NCBI GenBank assembly: GCA_023898525.1
Contig: CP060227.1
Span: 429,634 to 493,633, forward strand
Origin: Candidatus Nomurabacteria bacterium
GTDB lineage: Bacteria > Patescibacteriota > Minisyncoccia > Phycocordibacterales > UBA918
Direction of reading: 5' to 3'
Length of the DNA stretch: 64,000 bases
Shown here: positions 39,501 to 48,867 of the stretch, piece by piece
Layout of the letters: every line of letters starts with the position of its first letter
Numbering within the stretch: position 1 is the first letter of the stretch
Notes under the pieces: model-generated
What the model saw: the letters and a program-made list of their open reading frames with translations, nothing else
Told to the model about the DNA's origin: nothing
The model's database searches: none
Program-made: the position numbers and the translations under genes

Positions 39501-40226
39501 ACTGGTATCAGTCTTATTACCGTTTTCATCCAGTAGTGGCATTTTGACCGTCACCGCGATATCCTTCACATCCTTATAACCTTGATTCACCTCAAAGTTA
39601 GACAAAGTCGTCCCACAGCGTGGACAAAGATGCATACTCTTAAATCCTTCATACACCAGCCCCTTTTCATGGAGTTGCTTAAATACCCACCACACACTTT
39701 CGGTGTAGTTTGAGTCCATGGTCTTGTAATCATTTTCCATGTCGACAAACCGACCAAGGCGCGGGATAATCTGTCGCCAATCATCCGCATACTCCAAGAC
39801 CGCCTCCCTAGCGGCTTCATTAAAATTCTTGATACCGTAGTCCTCGATATCTTTTTTGTTGGCTAGGCCAAGTTTTTTCTCAATCAAGTTCTCCAGGGGC
39901 AAACCATGACAATCCCAACCCCACTGCCGCCTTACGCGGTAGCCATTCATCGTCCAAAAACGCGGGATTGCATCTTTTATAGTGCCCGGCACTATATGAC
40001 CATAATGTGGCAAGCCAGTTGCAAACGGCGGTCCATCATAAAAAATATAATCTCCTTTAGGACTCTCTCCCGCCGGCTTCTCTACACTTTTATTAAAAAT
40101 ATCATTCTCCTCCCAAAAAGCCTGTACCTCTTCCTCCCGCAAAGCTACCTCAGACTTCTCTACTTCTTTCACCACCTCAACTGAATCGTTCTCACGACCG
40201 TGTACTTTTTTATCTTTCATATTCAA
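36561..40226 (-). CDS. ileS: Isoleucyl-tRNA synthetase with an embedded histidine-phosphatase (PGAM-like) domain (~170 aa insertion at 38037-38555)
   Basis: HYGH (LPHYGHIVPG) and KMSKSLQN class I motifs. Between the PIW block and HRPYIDD lies ITRHAES...SPLQRTKETA...VSHNGTL, matching histidine phosphatase signatures. Confidence 0.85.
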   Translation of the reverse strand: MNMKDKKVHGRENDSVEVVKEVEKSEVALREEEVQAFWEENDIFNKSVEKPAGESPKGDYIFYDGPPFATGLPHYGHIVPGTIKDAIPRFWTMNGYRVRRQWGWDCHGLPLENLIEKKLGLANKKDIEDYGIKNFNEAAREAVLEYADDWRQIIPRLGRFVDMENDYKTMDSNYTESVWWVFKQLHEKGLVYEGFKSMHLCPRCGTTLSNFEVNQGYKDVKDIAVTVKMPLLDENGNKTDTSILIWTTTPWTLPGNMAIAVNQELDYVKVSVLNSTIPDRVGADGEIKKEIKYENVILAKGRLAQLGDLPYEVVEEMKGSDLLDLSYEPPFNYFENLWATPRGPKRIDDFNEEKEKEKKAWKIYHADFVEIGEEGTGVVHLAPAYGEDDMNVAKENNIPIAHHVDYGGRFMDFVTDFAGQLVKPKDDDEARVSHLDADIEVLRHLQTAGKIFKKENITHSYPHCWRDSTPLLNYATTSWFVKVTDMRDELVAANNKVKWVPDYVGQNRFGKWLEGARDWAVSRQRYWGAPLPIWKNEKTGEYKVFGSMAEMQEFVPKSGNKYFITRHAESALNTKETLNVDVAVENGITDKGKEQVSELVEKLKAEKIDLIYYSPLQRTKETAEKVAEGLGLSKEVLVADERLLEVRFGEFDGKTVSEYHAFFTTGTDRLTKTPEGGENWTDVKRRAGELLNEIETKHKDKNVLFVSHNGTLQMLQAVAKGDDFETLGKIIEENTYDLNNAELRALPFVPFPHNDSYELDYHRPYIDDIKLYEDGEELKRVPDVFDCWFESGSVPYGQLHYPFENKEKFEAERFPAQFIAEGLDQTRGWFYSMLVLGVALFGKSPYENVIVNGLVLAEDGKKMSKSLQNYPDPMELVGRLGADSMRYYLLSSPVVHSEDLSFAEKDVLEIQRKNIGRLHNVLAMYEMFADGGEEARGASEPRHDSNNVLDRWIVARLNQLIAESTAGYKAYELDKAVRPITDFIDDLSVWYLRRSRDRLKGEDVEDKKLALGTLRYVLRELAKVMAPAMPFYAEYLYRAVRDESEAESVHLAKWPETGSVNEVLLDCMRTTRELVTLALEQRTRSGIKVRQPLSSLSVSKPVDSELLSVIADEVNVKTVTVNETQSEVVVLDTNITTELKQEGEARELIRVIQDMRKESGLKPQDVITLTIATSPAGEEMVKAQLDIIKKVVGAKEITFTTTKGKEIQIGDNSYLISIVKV

Positions 40227-40273
40227 ATTAGTTTTTATGTATATCAGACATATTACTTATTGAAGATTAAACC

Positions 40274-40358
40274 AAAGTAAAGAAAATAAAGGAGGTGCGA
40301 CCTTAAAGAGGAGCGATGAGCGACGAGAAAGGTCGTTCCTCAGTTATTTTCTTTACAA
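40274..40358. repeat. Long imperfect palindrome with conserved loop ttaaagaggagcgatgagcgacgagaaa; flanked by 18-bp direct repeats atgtATATCAGACATatt (40237-40255) and atgtGTATCAGACATgtt (40396-40413)
   Basis: Arms gtaaagaaaataaaggaggtgcgacc and ggtcgttcctcagttattttctttac. The loop is near-identical to the loop of the element at 50149-50218. Confidence 0.6.
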
Positions 40359-40547
40359 ATTAATAAGCTCAAATTTCAATAAATACTTAATAAACATGTG
40401 TATCAGACATGTTTTTACATACTATCATGAGTGGTGATTTTGGCTAGCCAAAAATATTGACATAAAAATATTTCTATTATATAAAAAAGGAGAAGTGTAC
40501 TTAAACAAAAACTTTCTAACACATTAAATCTATGTAAGGGAGAAAAA

Positions 40548-41126
40548 ATGGACATAGTAAATGATTGGTTTGATGCAAAAAATATCTTAACCTTAACAGG
40601 AGCAATAACCTCAGAAAAAACTAGCAACTTAGCCAGCAAAATGCTGGAGTTTCAAATTAAATCTGAATTAAAAGAAACTACAACAGAACCATTAGTATTA
40701 CTTATAAACAGTGGTGGTGGCGATATCATTTCAGCTTTAAAACTTTGTGACGTAATTAAATATGTTATTAAAAAACCTGTCAAAGGTATCGTAGTTGGCA
40801 GTTGTCATTCTGCAGCTACTTTGATTTTGCTGAGCTGTGAAATCAAAGTATGTCTACCTTATTCAGATTTTTTACTTCATTCCAACAGCGTAGCAAGAGT
40901 TACCGCCAGTACAGAAGAAGAATTAAGTCAACTACGAGAAGATTTGATTCTTACACGCAAAACCATTCTTTCGTATTACGAAAAAACCCTGAAGCTTAAT
41001 GTTGTTGAAATTGAAAAGTTGATGAATAAAGGAGATCAGACCTTTAATCGCTATATTTCACCCACAGAGGCGCTAAGTATAGGATTTATTGATGTAATTC
41101 AGCATGAAAACATCAATATATTTTGA
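40548..41126 (+). CDS. ClpP-family serine peptidase-like protein (orphan, divergent)
   Basis: INSGGGD (oxyanion region) and GSCHSAATLIL resemble ClpP/TepA-like folds; 192 aa, no adjacent clpX. Confidence 0.55.
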   Translation: MDIVNDWFDAKNILTLTGAITSEKTSNLASKMLEFQIKSELKETTTEPLVLLINSGGGDIISALKLCDVIKYVIKKPVKGIVVGSCHSAATLILLSCEIKVCLPYSDFLLHSNSVARVTASTEEELSQLREDLILTRKTILSYYEKTLKLNVVEIEKLMNKGDQTFNRYISPTEALSIGFIDVIQHENINIF

Positions 41127-41478
41127 TCAAGGTTATAAAAATATAACACCCCACCAAAACATCGGTGGGGTTGTTTTTATTTTAAGACAAGTAAACAAAG
41201 TGGTTATGCTCAGAAAATTTTTTGGGAATAAAATTGGTATTTTAGATTTACTTGGCGACTACATATTCATTTTCTCCCTTGTAGGTCGAAAATTTCATTG
41301 TGTCTGCCTAAGTAAAACATAGTGGTTGTGCTCCGAAAAATTCCGAAGGAAAGGAATTTTTTCGGAGAAAATTCGCAATAGTTAAGTAAAATTAAGGAGT
41401 GTAACGACTATAATTTACTTATGTCAGAATTTGTTCTGCCCTTGGGCAAATTCTGACCGCTATGCTCGTTTGCTCATT

Positions 41479-43181
41479 TTACATTCTCTCCGGGGCTTTG
41501 ATACCCAAGACCCAAAGACCGTTTTTGAGAGTAGTTTTTACCGCTTTAGCTAAAGCGATCTTGTACGGAGCATGCTCGTCGGTCGTGTCAGCAATTTTTT
41601 CTTTGCCGTAGAAAGAGTTGAATTCACCAGCTAGTTCGGTCAAATACCCCACTACTTTATGCGGCGCTCGCTCTTGTAGCGCTATCTCAATCACTTCTGG
41701 GAATTGGTAAATAATTCGCTCAACTTGATACGGAGTATCAGGTGCATTAGCGATATTTTCTGCCAAGCCAGCCGTTTCAGCTTTTTCCAAGACACTTGCA
41801 ATACGCGCGTGTGTGTATTGCAAGTACGGACCAGAATCCCCTTCAAAAGACAGAGCTTTTTCTTTATCAAAAATTGAGTCCTGCAAAATACTTCCTCGCA
41901 AAGTACTGTATTTAATAGCCGCGATAGCAACGTCTTTAGCTAGCTCTCCATTTGGCTCAGTTTTTCCTTCGGCTATTTTTGCCAAAGCAGTTTCTGTTAC
42001 ATCATCAATAAAATCATTGGCCGCTATCACATCTCCAGTCCGAGAAGACATTTTTCCAGTCGTTAGGCGTACCATCCCATGCCCTATATGCTCAGTCTTT
42101 TCAGCTAAGTCTGGATAAATAAAACTTAGAGCTTTTTTCAAAACCTTGAAATATTCATTTATCTCATTGGCAGTACTAACCACCGATAGATCATATTCAC
42201 CTAGTCGATCTTCCTTAAGTTTTGCTAAGGCCAATTCTTTGGCTTCATAAGTCGGCAAACCTTCTTTATTTAAAAACACCCGAGTGTGAAGACCGTGATC
42301 TTCACCTCTAAAGATTCTCGCCCCATCACTTTCGGGAAATATTTCAGGGTGAGATACTACAATCTCCTTCCCTAACGGACCGGTTTCGCTTTCAAAAAAA
42401 TAACTATCGAACTTAGTACCTAAAGTCTGGTAAATAGTTTCAAAATACTCTAGAGACACACGTCGTCCAGCGTCATATAACTTATTTATTTCTTCATCAG
42501 ACCGTTCGTAGACTTTTTTATTGATATCACGAATTTCTGCTTGAGCTGTCTCATCTTCCTTATATGCGGTTGCCCCGAGAGCATAAGCCTGACCAAGCTC
42601 GCGAGCCGAAAATTCTTGATCTCTATCAATACCAATTTTCTTCATTCCCCAGATGGCGTTGGCTACATGAAGTCCAACATCCCCTTGGTAGTTCACACAC
42701 TTGGTGTCAGCCCCGTTCATCATAAATAAACGAGCAATACTTTCACCTACCGCATTGGTAAACATATGTCCAATATGAAATTCTTTAAAAGGGTTGGGGT
42801 CAGTGTATTCCACTAGCACCTTCTTACCAGCCCATGAATCACTCTTCCCCCACTCTTCCGGTGAGTTATTGATACGAGCGATTTCCGCTGTGAAAAAATC
42901 GCGACTTAAATAGAAGTTTAGAAAACCAGGACCAGCGATCTCGATTCGGTCGACGTACTCGATTTGACCTTCGAGCGCCGCGGGGAAATGGGCCCCCAAA
43001 TTCCGCGCGGCGCTTTCCCCACCTGCTTCGCCACCACCATCGCCACATTACAAGCATAGTCACCATGGGTCATATCAGCCGGATGCTCCACCACAAAATC
43101 AGCTGAGTCCAACCCCAGCCCATTTAAAACATCATCAATAGCCACTTCAATTACTCCTTTCATAAACCACAGAATACCCAA
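41479..43181 (-). CDS. argS: Arginyl-tRNA synthetase, interrupted by a 1-nt frameshift in a T-run near 42999-43005
   Basis: N-terminal domain is in ORF 42918..43181 (MKGVIEVAIDDVLNGLG...HGDYACNVAMVVAKQ). Catalytic and anticodon-binding domains are in ORF 41479..42999 (IEIAGPGFLNF, HIGH-type FHIGHMF, C-terminal LGIKAPERM). The two frames join if tttt replaces ttt in ggaatttggggg. Confidence 0.8.
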
Positions 43182-43188
43182 TTATTTG

Positions 43189-44295
43189 TCATTCTACAAC
43201 TGTCACTAATCCTTGCGGTGACTTTGTACTATCAATCACGAAAGTTTTCTTACCCAACACTTGTCCCCGCTTATTCTCCACTATACAGCGCCACTTGCCA
43301 TCATGAACCGAAGTCACGGTTGTATAGCCACGATAGCCGTTCTTATTCTCTCCGGTTATTTTGTACGACCGACTAAAATGCTCCTGCCAGTCTCCATTTT
43401 TATCTACGTATTCCCAACGATGTACAATCTCAGTTGTCAACTTTGTCGGCGCATAGACCCGAGCAAAACAAGTCGCCCCCTGCCCTGCAACCGGATGAAA
43501 ATAATCGGGCACAAATGGTAGATACTCAAACCAAGACTGCTTCTCCTTGGTGATGCGATAATCACCCAGACTGCTTCTATCTACCGATTGATAAATATTA
43601 AGTTCGGTCAGCGACAACGGAATCGGTGGAATGATGTTTAAAAAATAAAATCCATTAAATACCGCATACAAACTGGCAATAGTGAAGACCAACAATCTTT
43701 TTTGAAGGTTTATAAAATTTGGAATAATCCTTGACAGAGTGTGTATGGTTAAACTTACATCCAACAGAGCCAACAACCCACTACCAAAAAAGATTAAATT
43801 ACTCATCTCACCAACCAAGACTGGCACTACCAAAACAAAATAAGAAAAAACTCCAACAAAGTAGACAGCCAGATTATAAACAAGTCGTTCTGATTGTTTC
43901 TTTACCAACTCATTAACAGCAATTACTCCAATAATCAAAGCAAAGAAAGGAGCACTGGAAATAAAGTCACCGCTTCGACCGTAGAAGATCAACATACCAG
44001 ACAAAAGTCCACCAAAGGAATATTGCATCAACATCGGCATGTAGTGCCTAAGCTTTGCGGTCCACCAGTCACCAAGACGCCCGGCTACACCAAGATAAAA
44101 AAGCAAGAGTGAAGCCGTGGCCAACACCACATAAGTTAGTAGAATAAAATTATCCAACTTATCATCAATCCGATTTAGAAGTAGATAATCGGTTACAAAA
44201 CCAAAAAGAAAGACCACTGTTAACCAGTGCGATTTTGCAAAACGCGCAAGGCGGCCAGTTTTTGGCTCAATTAATTTCTCATCAAAATTCTCCAT
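43189..44295 (-). CDS. Hypothetical polytopic membrane protein with C-terminal soluble domain
   Basis: 368 aa, ~6 TM segments then a ~110-aa C-terminal domain. Confidence 0.45.
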   Translation of the reverse strand: MENFDEKLIEPKTGRLARFAKSHWLTVVFLFGFVTDYLLLNRIDDKLDNFILLTYVVLATASLLLFYLGVAGRLGDWWTAKLRHYMPMLMQYSFGGLLSGMLIFYGRSGDFISSAPFFALIIGVIAVNELVKKQSERLVYNLAVYFVGVFSYFVLVVPVLVGEMSNLIFFGSGLLALLDVSLTIHTLSRIIPNFINLQKRLLVFTIASLYAVFNGFYFLNIIPPIPLSLTELNIYQSVDRSSLGDYRITKEKQSWFEYLPFVPDYFHPVAGQGATCFARVYAPTKLTTEIVHRWEYVDKNGDWQEHFSRSYKITGENKNGYRGYTTVTSVHDGKWRCIVENKRGQVLGKKTFVIDSTKSPQGLVTVVE

Positions 44296-44773
44296 TGTTA
44301 AATCTATTGTGCCATATTATAAAAAAGAGAACCTACACAGTTATAGTCAAATAAAGCAAGACCATAACCGCGTAGGTTGTAAAAAGAGAAGTAGTTCGAC
44401 GCACCATGCGTCAATTTTAATGATGACACACGGCCAAAAAGTTGTAAATGTGTCAAAGTTTAATAAAGAACCTCTTGCCCCAGTAAGTTTGGGGCAAGAG
44501 GAAAAATACTTCCGCAACAACATGACGGTCCTAGGGTCATGTTTAATAATCAGAATACCACAAATATCTAAAAAAGAAACAAAAACCTGCACATTGCGTC
44601 TTACACAAAGGCAGGGATAGAGTGGCTACTTCTCACGAATAAACCTATCAGAACAAGAAAAATGAAGCAACCACTCCAGAAGACGGTGTTTATTTCGATA
44701 AATCTTTATAATTAAAAGATGTCACCACCTCCGCCACAAAAGTAGCATACAGCACCGAATAAAGCAACGGTTT

Positions 44774-46042
44774 CTAAACAAACCGCTCTGGCACCGGAAA
44801 GGCTTCACATATTTCTTCCACCTCTTGCCTGAATTCAACCTTTTTCTTCTTATCATCTTTAGCATGCAAAACTTCAACCATTATCTCAGCCAGTCTAGTC
44901 GCTTCCCTTTCTTTCATAAGACGCGTGGTCATAGCCGGTGTACCAAAGCGAATACCAGACGGATCAAGAGCGGTACGGGACTCATCTGCAATCATATTTT
45001 TATTTAAAGTGATACCCACTTCATCAAGAGCTGTCTCCGCTTCTTGTCCGGTCACTCCAAGGGAGTCGTAAACATCAGCCAGAAGCAAGTGGTTGTCTGT
45101 ACCACCACCCAAAAGCCTAATACCAGCCGACTTAAACACCAACTCCATCGCCTTGGCATTTTTTAAGATCTGCTTACTGTATTCTTGAAACGCGGGAGTG
45201 AGAGCTTCACCAAAAGCCACCGCCTTGGCTGCTATGATGTGCATATGTGGCCCACCTTGCATCCCTGGAAAGACTGACCGGTTGATCTTCTTGGCAATTT
45301 CTTCATCTTCCCTCACCAATATCATTCCGCCTCGTGGCCCGCGCAGCGTCTTGTGCGTAGTAGTGGTAATAACATCAAAGCCGACATCAAACGGATTTTT
45401 AGCTACCCCACCAGCGATTAGTCCCGCAATGTGCGCCATGTCAGCCACCGTATAAGCACCCACTTCTTTAGCAATATCTACAAACTTAGCGTAGTCAAGC
45501 TCACGACTATAAGCGGAAAAACCGGCCAAAATAATCTTCGGTTTTTCTCTAAGCGCCACTTCACGAAGCTCGTCATAATCAATCTCGCCGGTATCGACAT
45601 TTTTCATCTTGTAGCGTACGAAGTTGAAGACTTTATTAATGGTAGTAGTTGGATGACCGTGGGTAAGATGTCCGCCGTGACCCAGATCCATACCCAAAAC
45701 CGTATCCCCCGGCTCCATTAGAGCAAAGTACATCGCTACGTTAGCATTAGCTCCGCCCAAAGGTTGTACGTTGGCAAACTTGGCGTTAAATAATTTTTTA
45801 GCTCGCTCAATGGCAATCGTCTCGACGATGTCAGTAAATTCCTGACCGCCGTAGTAACGACGTCCCGGGTACCCTTCTGAGTATTTGTTGGTAAAAATAG
45901 AACCAGCCGCTTCGCGCACAGCTCGTGAAGCATAATTTTCGCTTGGGATCATTTCTACCCCCTTACGTTCTCGCTCCTCCTCACCCTCTAGCGCACGATA
46001 GACTTCTTCGTCTTGGTCTTTGATAAATTTGTATTCGTTCAT
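44774..46042 (-). CDS. glyA: Serine hydroxymethyltransferase (start at MNEYKF; upstream in-frame TTG is less likely)
   Basis: PLP-lysine region (TTTTHKTLRGPRGG) and overall SHMT pattern. Confidence 0.9.
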   Translation of the reverse strand: MNEYKFIKDQDEEVYRALEGEEERERKGVEMIPSENYASRAVREAAGSIFTNKYSEGYPGRRYYGGQEFTDIVETIAIERAKKLFNAKFANVQPLGGANANVAMYFALMEPGDTVLGMDLGHGGHLTHGHPTTTINKVFNFVRYKMKNVDTGEIDYDELREVALREKPKIILAGFSAYSRELDYAKFVDIAKEVGAYTVADMAHIAGLIAGGVAKNPFDVGFDVITTTTHKTLRGPRGGMILVREDEEIAKKINRSVFPGMQGGPHMHIIAAKAVAFGEALTPAFQEYSKQILKNAKAMELVFKSAGIRLLGGGTDNHLLLADVYDSLGVTGQEAETALDEVGITLNKNMIADESRTALDPSGIRFGTPAMTTRLMKEREATRLAEIMVEVLHAKDDKKKKVEFRQEVEEICEAFPVPERFV

Positions 46043-46145
46043 GATAAATAGCTTAAAAGTAATAATCTGCCTCAACTGAATTTTTTGAACGAGTTAATTT
46101 AGATCATGGTAATTTAGCTTATTGGTAAAAATTATAGCATAGAGA

Positions 46146-46199
46146 GAGGTAAAAGGTCGCCCAGCCCTCGCAAGCGAGGGCTGGGCGACCTTTTACCTC
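46146..46199. terminator. 26-bp perfect GC-rich hairpin (gaggtaaaaggtcgcccagccctcgc aa gcgagggctgggcgaccttttacctc)
   Basis: Perfect inverted repeat in the glyA upstream region; candidate bidirectional terminator or REP. Confidence 0.5.
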
Positions 46200-46262
46200 T
46201 ATACAAGATCCCTTTTTCATACTATAATAAACACTTTCTAAATACGTTCTTTGAGGAGAAAT

Positions 46263-46421
46263 ATGAAAACAATCGTCGCCGCACTAAGCGCAATAGTCAT
46301 GGTAGTGACAGTAGCATTTTTAGCTGGCACTCCCGAACCGGTAAATTTGTTGGCTGTAATAGCTGCTGTAAGTTCATTTTTTATTGGTTTAGCAGCTCTA
46401 TCGCGGTCATTACCTGGATAA
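46263..46421 (+). CDS. Small membrane protein (52 aa)
   Basis: MKTIVAALSAIVMVVTVAFLAG... with SD gaggagaaatATG; not in the ORF track (<60 aa). Confidence 0.4.
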   Translation: MKTIVAALSAIVMVVTVAFLAGTPEPVNLLAVIAAVSSFFIGLAALSRSLPG

Positions 46422-46457
46422 GTAATTTGTTTTTTAAATCTTTAGGGGAGAATTGCA

Positions 46458-46784
46458 ATGAAAATAGACGATATCATTGTTGATAATATACTTAACAACA
46501 ACAACTGCTTATCATTGTTACTATTTTCAATCTTTTTTGTGGGAGTAAGTATGCTTATTTGGCTACTTGCCCACAAAAAAGAAAGTTCTACTATGTTGGA
46601 TTTTTCTTGGTTCTTTCTGCTATTATCGGTAATGTCCCTTGTGGTCTTACTTACAGAAATTGGACTAAATCCAGTTTCTTTGGCTCTTATTTTGTTTGCG
46701 ATCTTAGGCGGTACAACAATTTATCTAGCACATTTAGAATACCCAGACCCGGTTCGGCACGAAGAAGAAACCGTGGAAATCTAA
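46458..46784 (+). CDS. Small membrane protein (108 aa)
   Basis: Three predicted TM segments; SD aggggagaattgcaATG. Confidence 0.5.
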   Translation: MKIDDIIVDNILNNNNCLSLLLFSIFFVGVSMLIWLLAHKKESSTMLDFSWFFLLLSVMSLVVLLTEIGLNPVSLALILFAILGGTTIYLAHLEYPDPVRHEEETVEI

Positions 46785-46800
46785 CATTAACTAATAGTGT

Positions 46801-46843
46801 AACAACCTCGCTGGTATTAATACCTACGAGGTTGTGTTTTTAT
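46801..46843 (+). terminator. Hairpin terminator (aacctcgctggtattaatacctacgaggtt + T-run)
   Basis: Stem-loop followed by tgtgtttttat after the stop at 46784. Confidence 0.65.
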
Positions 46844-46862
46844 AAATTTTATAGCTTCAATT

Positions 46863-47828
46863 TTAATCCCCCTCAATCTTATGATCTACTCCCCCTACCA
46901 CTGCCATTTGAGCTTTTATCGGAGGATGTGACTCATAATTATTTAGTGTCACATGTTCTGGTCTGAAATCATCTAAAGAAGTCATCTCATCACTAAGGAT
47001 AACAGTTGGGAATTTCATCGGCTCACGAGACATTTGTTCTTTAGCCTGTTCTTTGTGATTTTCATAAATGTGCACATCACCAAAAGTATGAATAAACTCC
47101 CCTGGTTCATAACCAGTAATCTTCGCTAAAAGCATAGTCAAAAGTGAGTAACTAGCGATATTAAAAGGCACTCCAAGGAAGATGTCGGCTGAACGCTGGT
47201 AAAGCTGCAGACAAAGTCGACCGTTTTTTATATTCACCTGATACATATTGTGACAAATCGGAAACTGACTAGCCTCGCTTGGCTTAGCCATGCTATACAA
47301 ATATTCAGGATTCCAACTATTTACCAAGGTATTGTGAGCATGTGGATCTTTCTTGATTTCGTCTACCACCCACTGCAATTGATCAATTCCTCGACCGTCT
47401 TTGGTTGGCCATTTGCGCCACATTTCACCGTATATGCGCGGTAGCTCCCCATGCTTGGTCGCATACTCATCATCAGTCGCAATCTTTTCAATAAATTCTT
47501 CTTTAGTCATTTCCGGCCAACCTTCTTTTTCACGCTTGTTGTTGTAGATACGGAAAGGATAATCGTCCCAAATATGCACGTTATTATCTACCAAATACTT
47601 TATATTGGTCTGCCCAGACATAAACCAATACAGTTCATGCAACACTCCTTTCCAGTAAACTTTCTTAGTGGTCAAAAGTGGTAAACCTTCGCTGAGGTCG
47701 AAGCGCAGCTGCCGACCAAACAAACTATGAGTTACATCTCCTGTCATTAAATCTTCTTGCCGATCACCTTTTTCTAAAAGCTCCTGCATTAAATCTAAGT
47801 ATTGGTATTCTGGATGTTTGTTTGACAT
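46863..47828 (-). CDS. thyA: Thymidylate synthase (ThyA, long form with insertion)
   Basis: PICHNMYQVNIKNGRLCLQLYQRSADIFLGVPFNIASYSLL matches the ThyA active-site region. Confidence 0.9.
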   Translation of the reverse strand: MSNKHPEYQYLDLMQELLEKGDRQEDLMTGDVTHSLFGRQLRFDLSEGLPLLTTKKVYWKGVLHELYWFMSGQTNIKYLVDNNVHIWDDYPFRIYNNKREKEGWPEMTKEEFIEKIATDDEYATKHGELPRIYGEMWRKWPTKDGRGIDQLQWVVDEIKKDPHAHNTLVNSWNPEYLYSMAKPSEASQFPICHNMYQVNIKNGRLCLQLYQRSADIFLGVPFNIASYSLLTMLLAKITGYEPGEFIHTFGDVHIYENHKEQAKEQMSREPMKFPTVILSDEMTSLDDFRPEHVTLNNYESHPPIKAQMAVVGGVDHKIEGD

Positions 47829-47834
47829 GATTTT

Positions 47835-48308
47835 TTAATTATTATTGTTAAAGTAATCCTTCAATTTAGTAGCGAACTCTGCTCTAGAAACTGGGTCTGA
47901 CGAAAAGCTTTGTTTATGTAGTGAATACAAATCATCTCCTTCATATCTTGGAAAGACATGTAGATGATAGTGCCACACCTCTTGGTTTCCAGCTGGTTCG
48001 TTATGCTGCCGAATACTAACACCGTCACATTTATAAAGTTCCTTCATAGCAATAGCTACCTTTTTGGAAAAAATATGAATTTTAGCTAATAGATTATCTG
48101 GTATATCGTAAATATTCTCATAATCTGTGTTTGGAATAATAATTACATTACCAGGATTGTTTGGCCATTGCTTAGAAGAAATAAAAGCTGAAATATCGTT
48201 ATCTTGATAAAAAATGTCCTCCTTATTGGTATGGATGCTATCAAAATTTCCGTTATCTATAATAGCTTGAAAAGGATTTTTGTATTCTGCGGATTTATGG
48301 CTGTACAT
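47835..48308 (-). CDS. HIT-family nucleotide hydrolase (start at MYSHKS)
   Basis: Histidine triad HYHLHVFPR. The longer ORF upstream of MYSHKS lacks homology and would overlap dcd. Confidence 0.75.
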   Translation of the reverse strand: MYSHKSAEYKNPFQAIIDNGNFDSIHTNKEDIFYQDNDISAFISSKQWPNNPGNVIIIPNTDYENIYDIPDNLLAKIHIFSKKVAIAMKELYKCDGVSIRQHNEPAGNQEVWHYHLHVFPRYEGDDLYSLHKQSFSSDPVSRAEFATKLKDYFNNNN

Positions 48309-48318
48309 TTTTTTATAA

Positions 48319-48864
48319 TTACTTCTTCGGCTCTGCGAAGTGGTTTGAATTCTCGCTGTCATAGCGCCCAACATCTTCGTAAGACTTGCTAGTTGGAGAG
48401 GAAAGCTTGGCAAACAATAACTGCGCGATCTGCATCCCCGGACGAAGAATGATCGGAATATTGCTGGCATTCACGAGCTCAAAGGTCGGGTAGAATTTGT
48501 GTCCCGGATTAAAAAGCATAGCGGTGTTGTGCACCACCAGCCCAATCCGTGCCAAGCTACTTTTACCGGAAAGCAAGATCAAGTGCTCATTGTCGACCCC
48601 AATAAACTCCCGTTGCTTCCCTAGCACATTCTCTCCCGGATGAAGTACAAACTCATCATCATCCTCGATACGAAACTTACGGGTAGAAGGATAAACCTTC
48701 CTGGCCGGATCAGACGCTTGTACCAAATGTCTATCGACTACTTCAAACTCATTACCTAAAGTCACATCGTAGCTAGCGAGCTGCAACTGTTCTTCACGAA
48801 AAGGCTCGATAATAAGCGCCCCCCTTTTTACCCCATTCATGATGTCGACGTCAGACAAAAACAT
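48319..48864 (-). CDS. dcd: dCTP deaminase
   Basis: 181 aa, dUTPase-fold Dcd pattern (MFLSDVDIMNGVKRGALIIEPF..., LSGKSSLARIGL). Confidence 0.85.
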   Translation of the reverse strand: MFLSDVDIMNGVKRGALIIEPFREEQLQLASYDVTLGNEFEVVDRHLVQASDPARKVYPSTRKFRIEDDDEFVLHPGENVLGKQREFIGVDNEHLILLSGKSSLARIGLVVHNTAMLFNPGHKFYPTFELVNASNIPIILRPGMQIAQLLFAKLSSPTSKSYEDVGRYDSENSNHFAEPKK

Positions 48865-48867
48865 ATT

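Noticed and set aside
40227-40547. T-box riboswitch upstream of ileS
   Set aside because: The leader is long and AT-rich, but no T-box consensus (AATTAGGGTGGTACCGCG) was found; the palindromic repeat element occupies this region instead.
42866-43181. ORFs 42918..43181 and 42866..43066 as separate genes
   Set aside because: 42918..43181 is the frameshifted N-terminal domain of argS, not an independent gene; 42866..43066 is an arginine-rich out-of-frame artefact.
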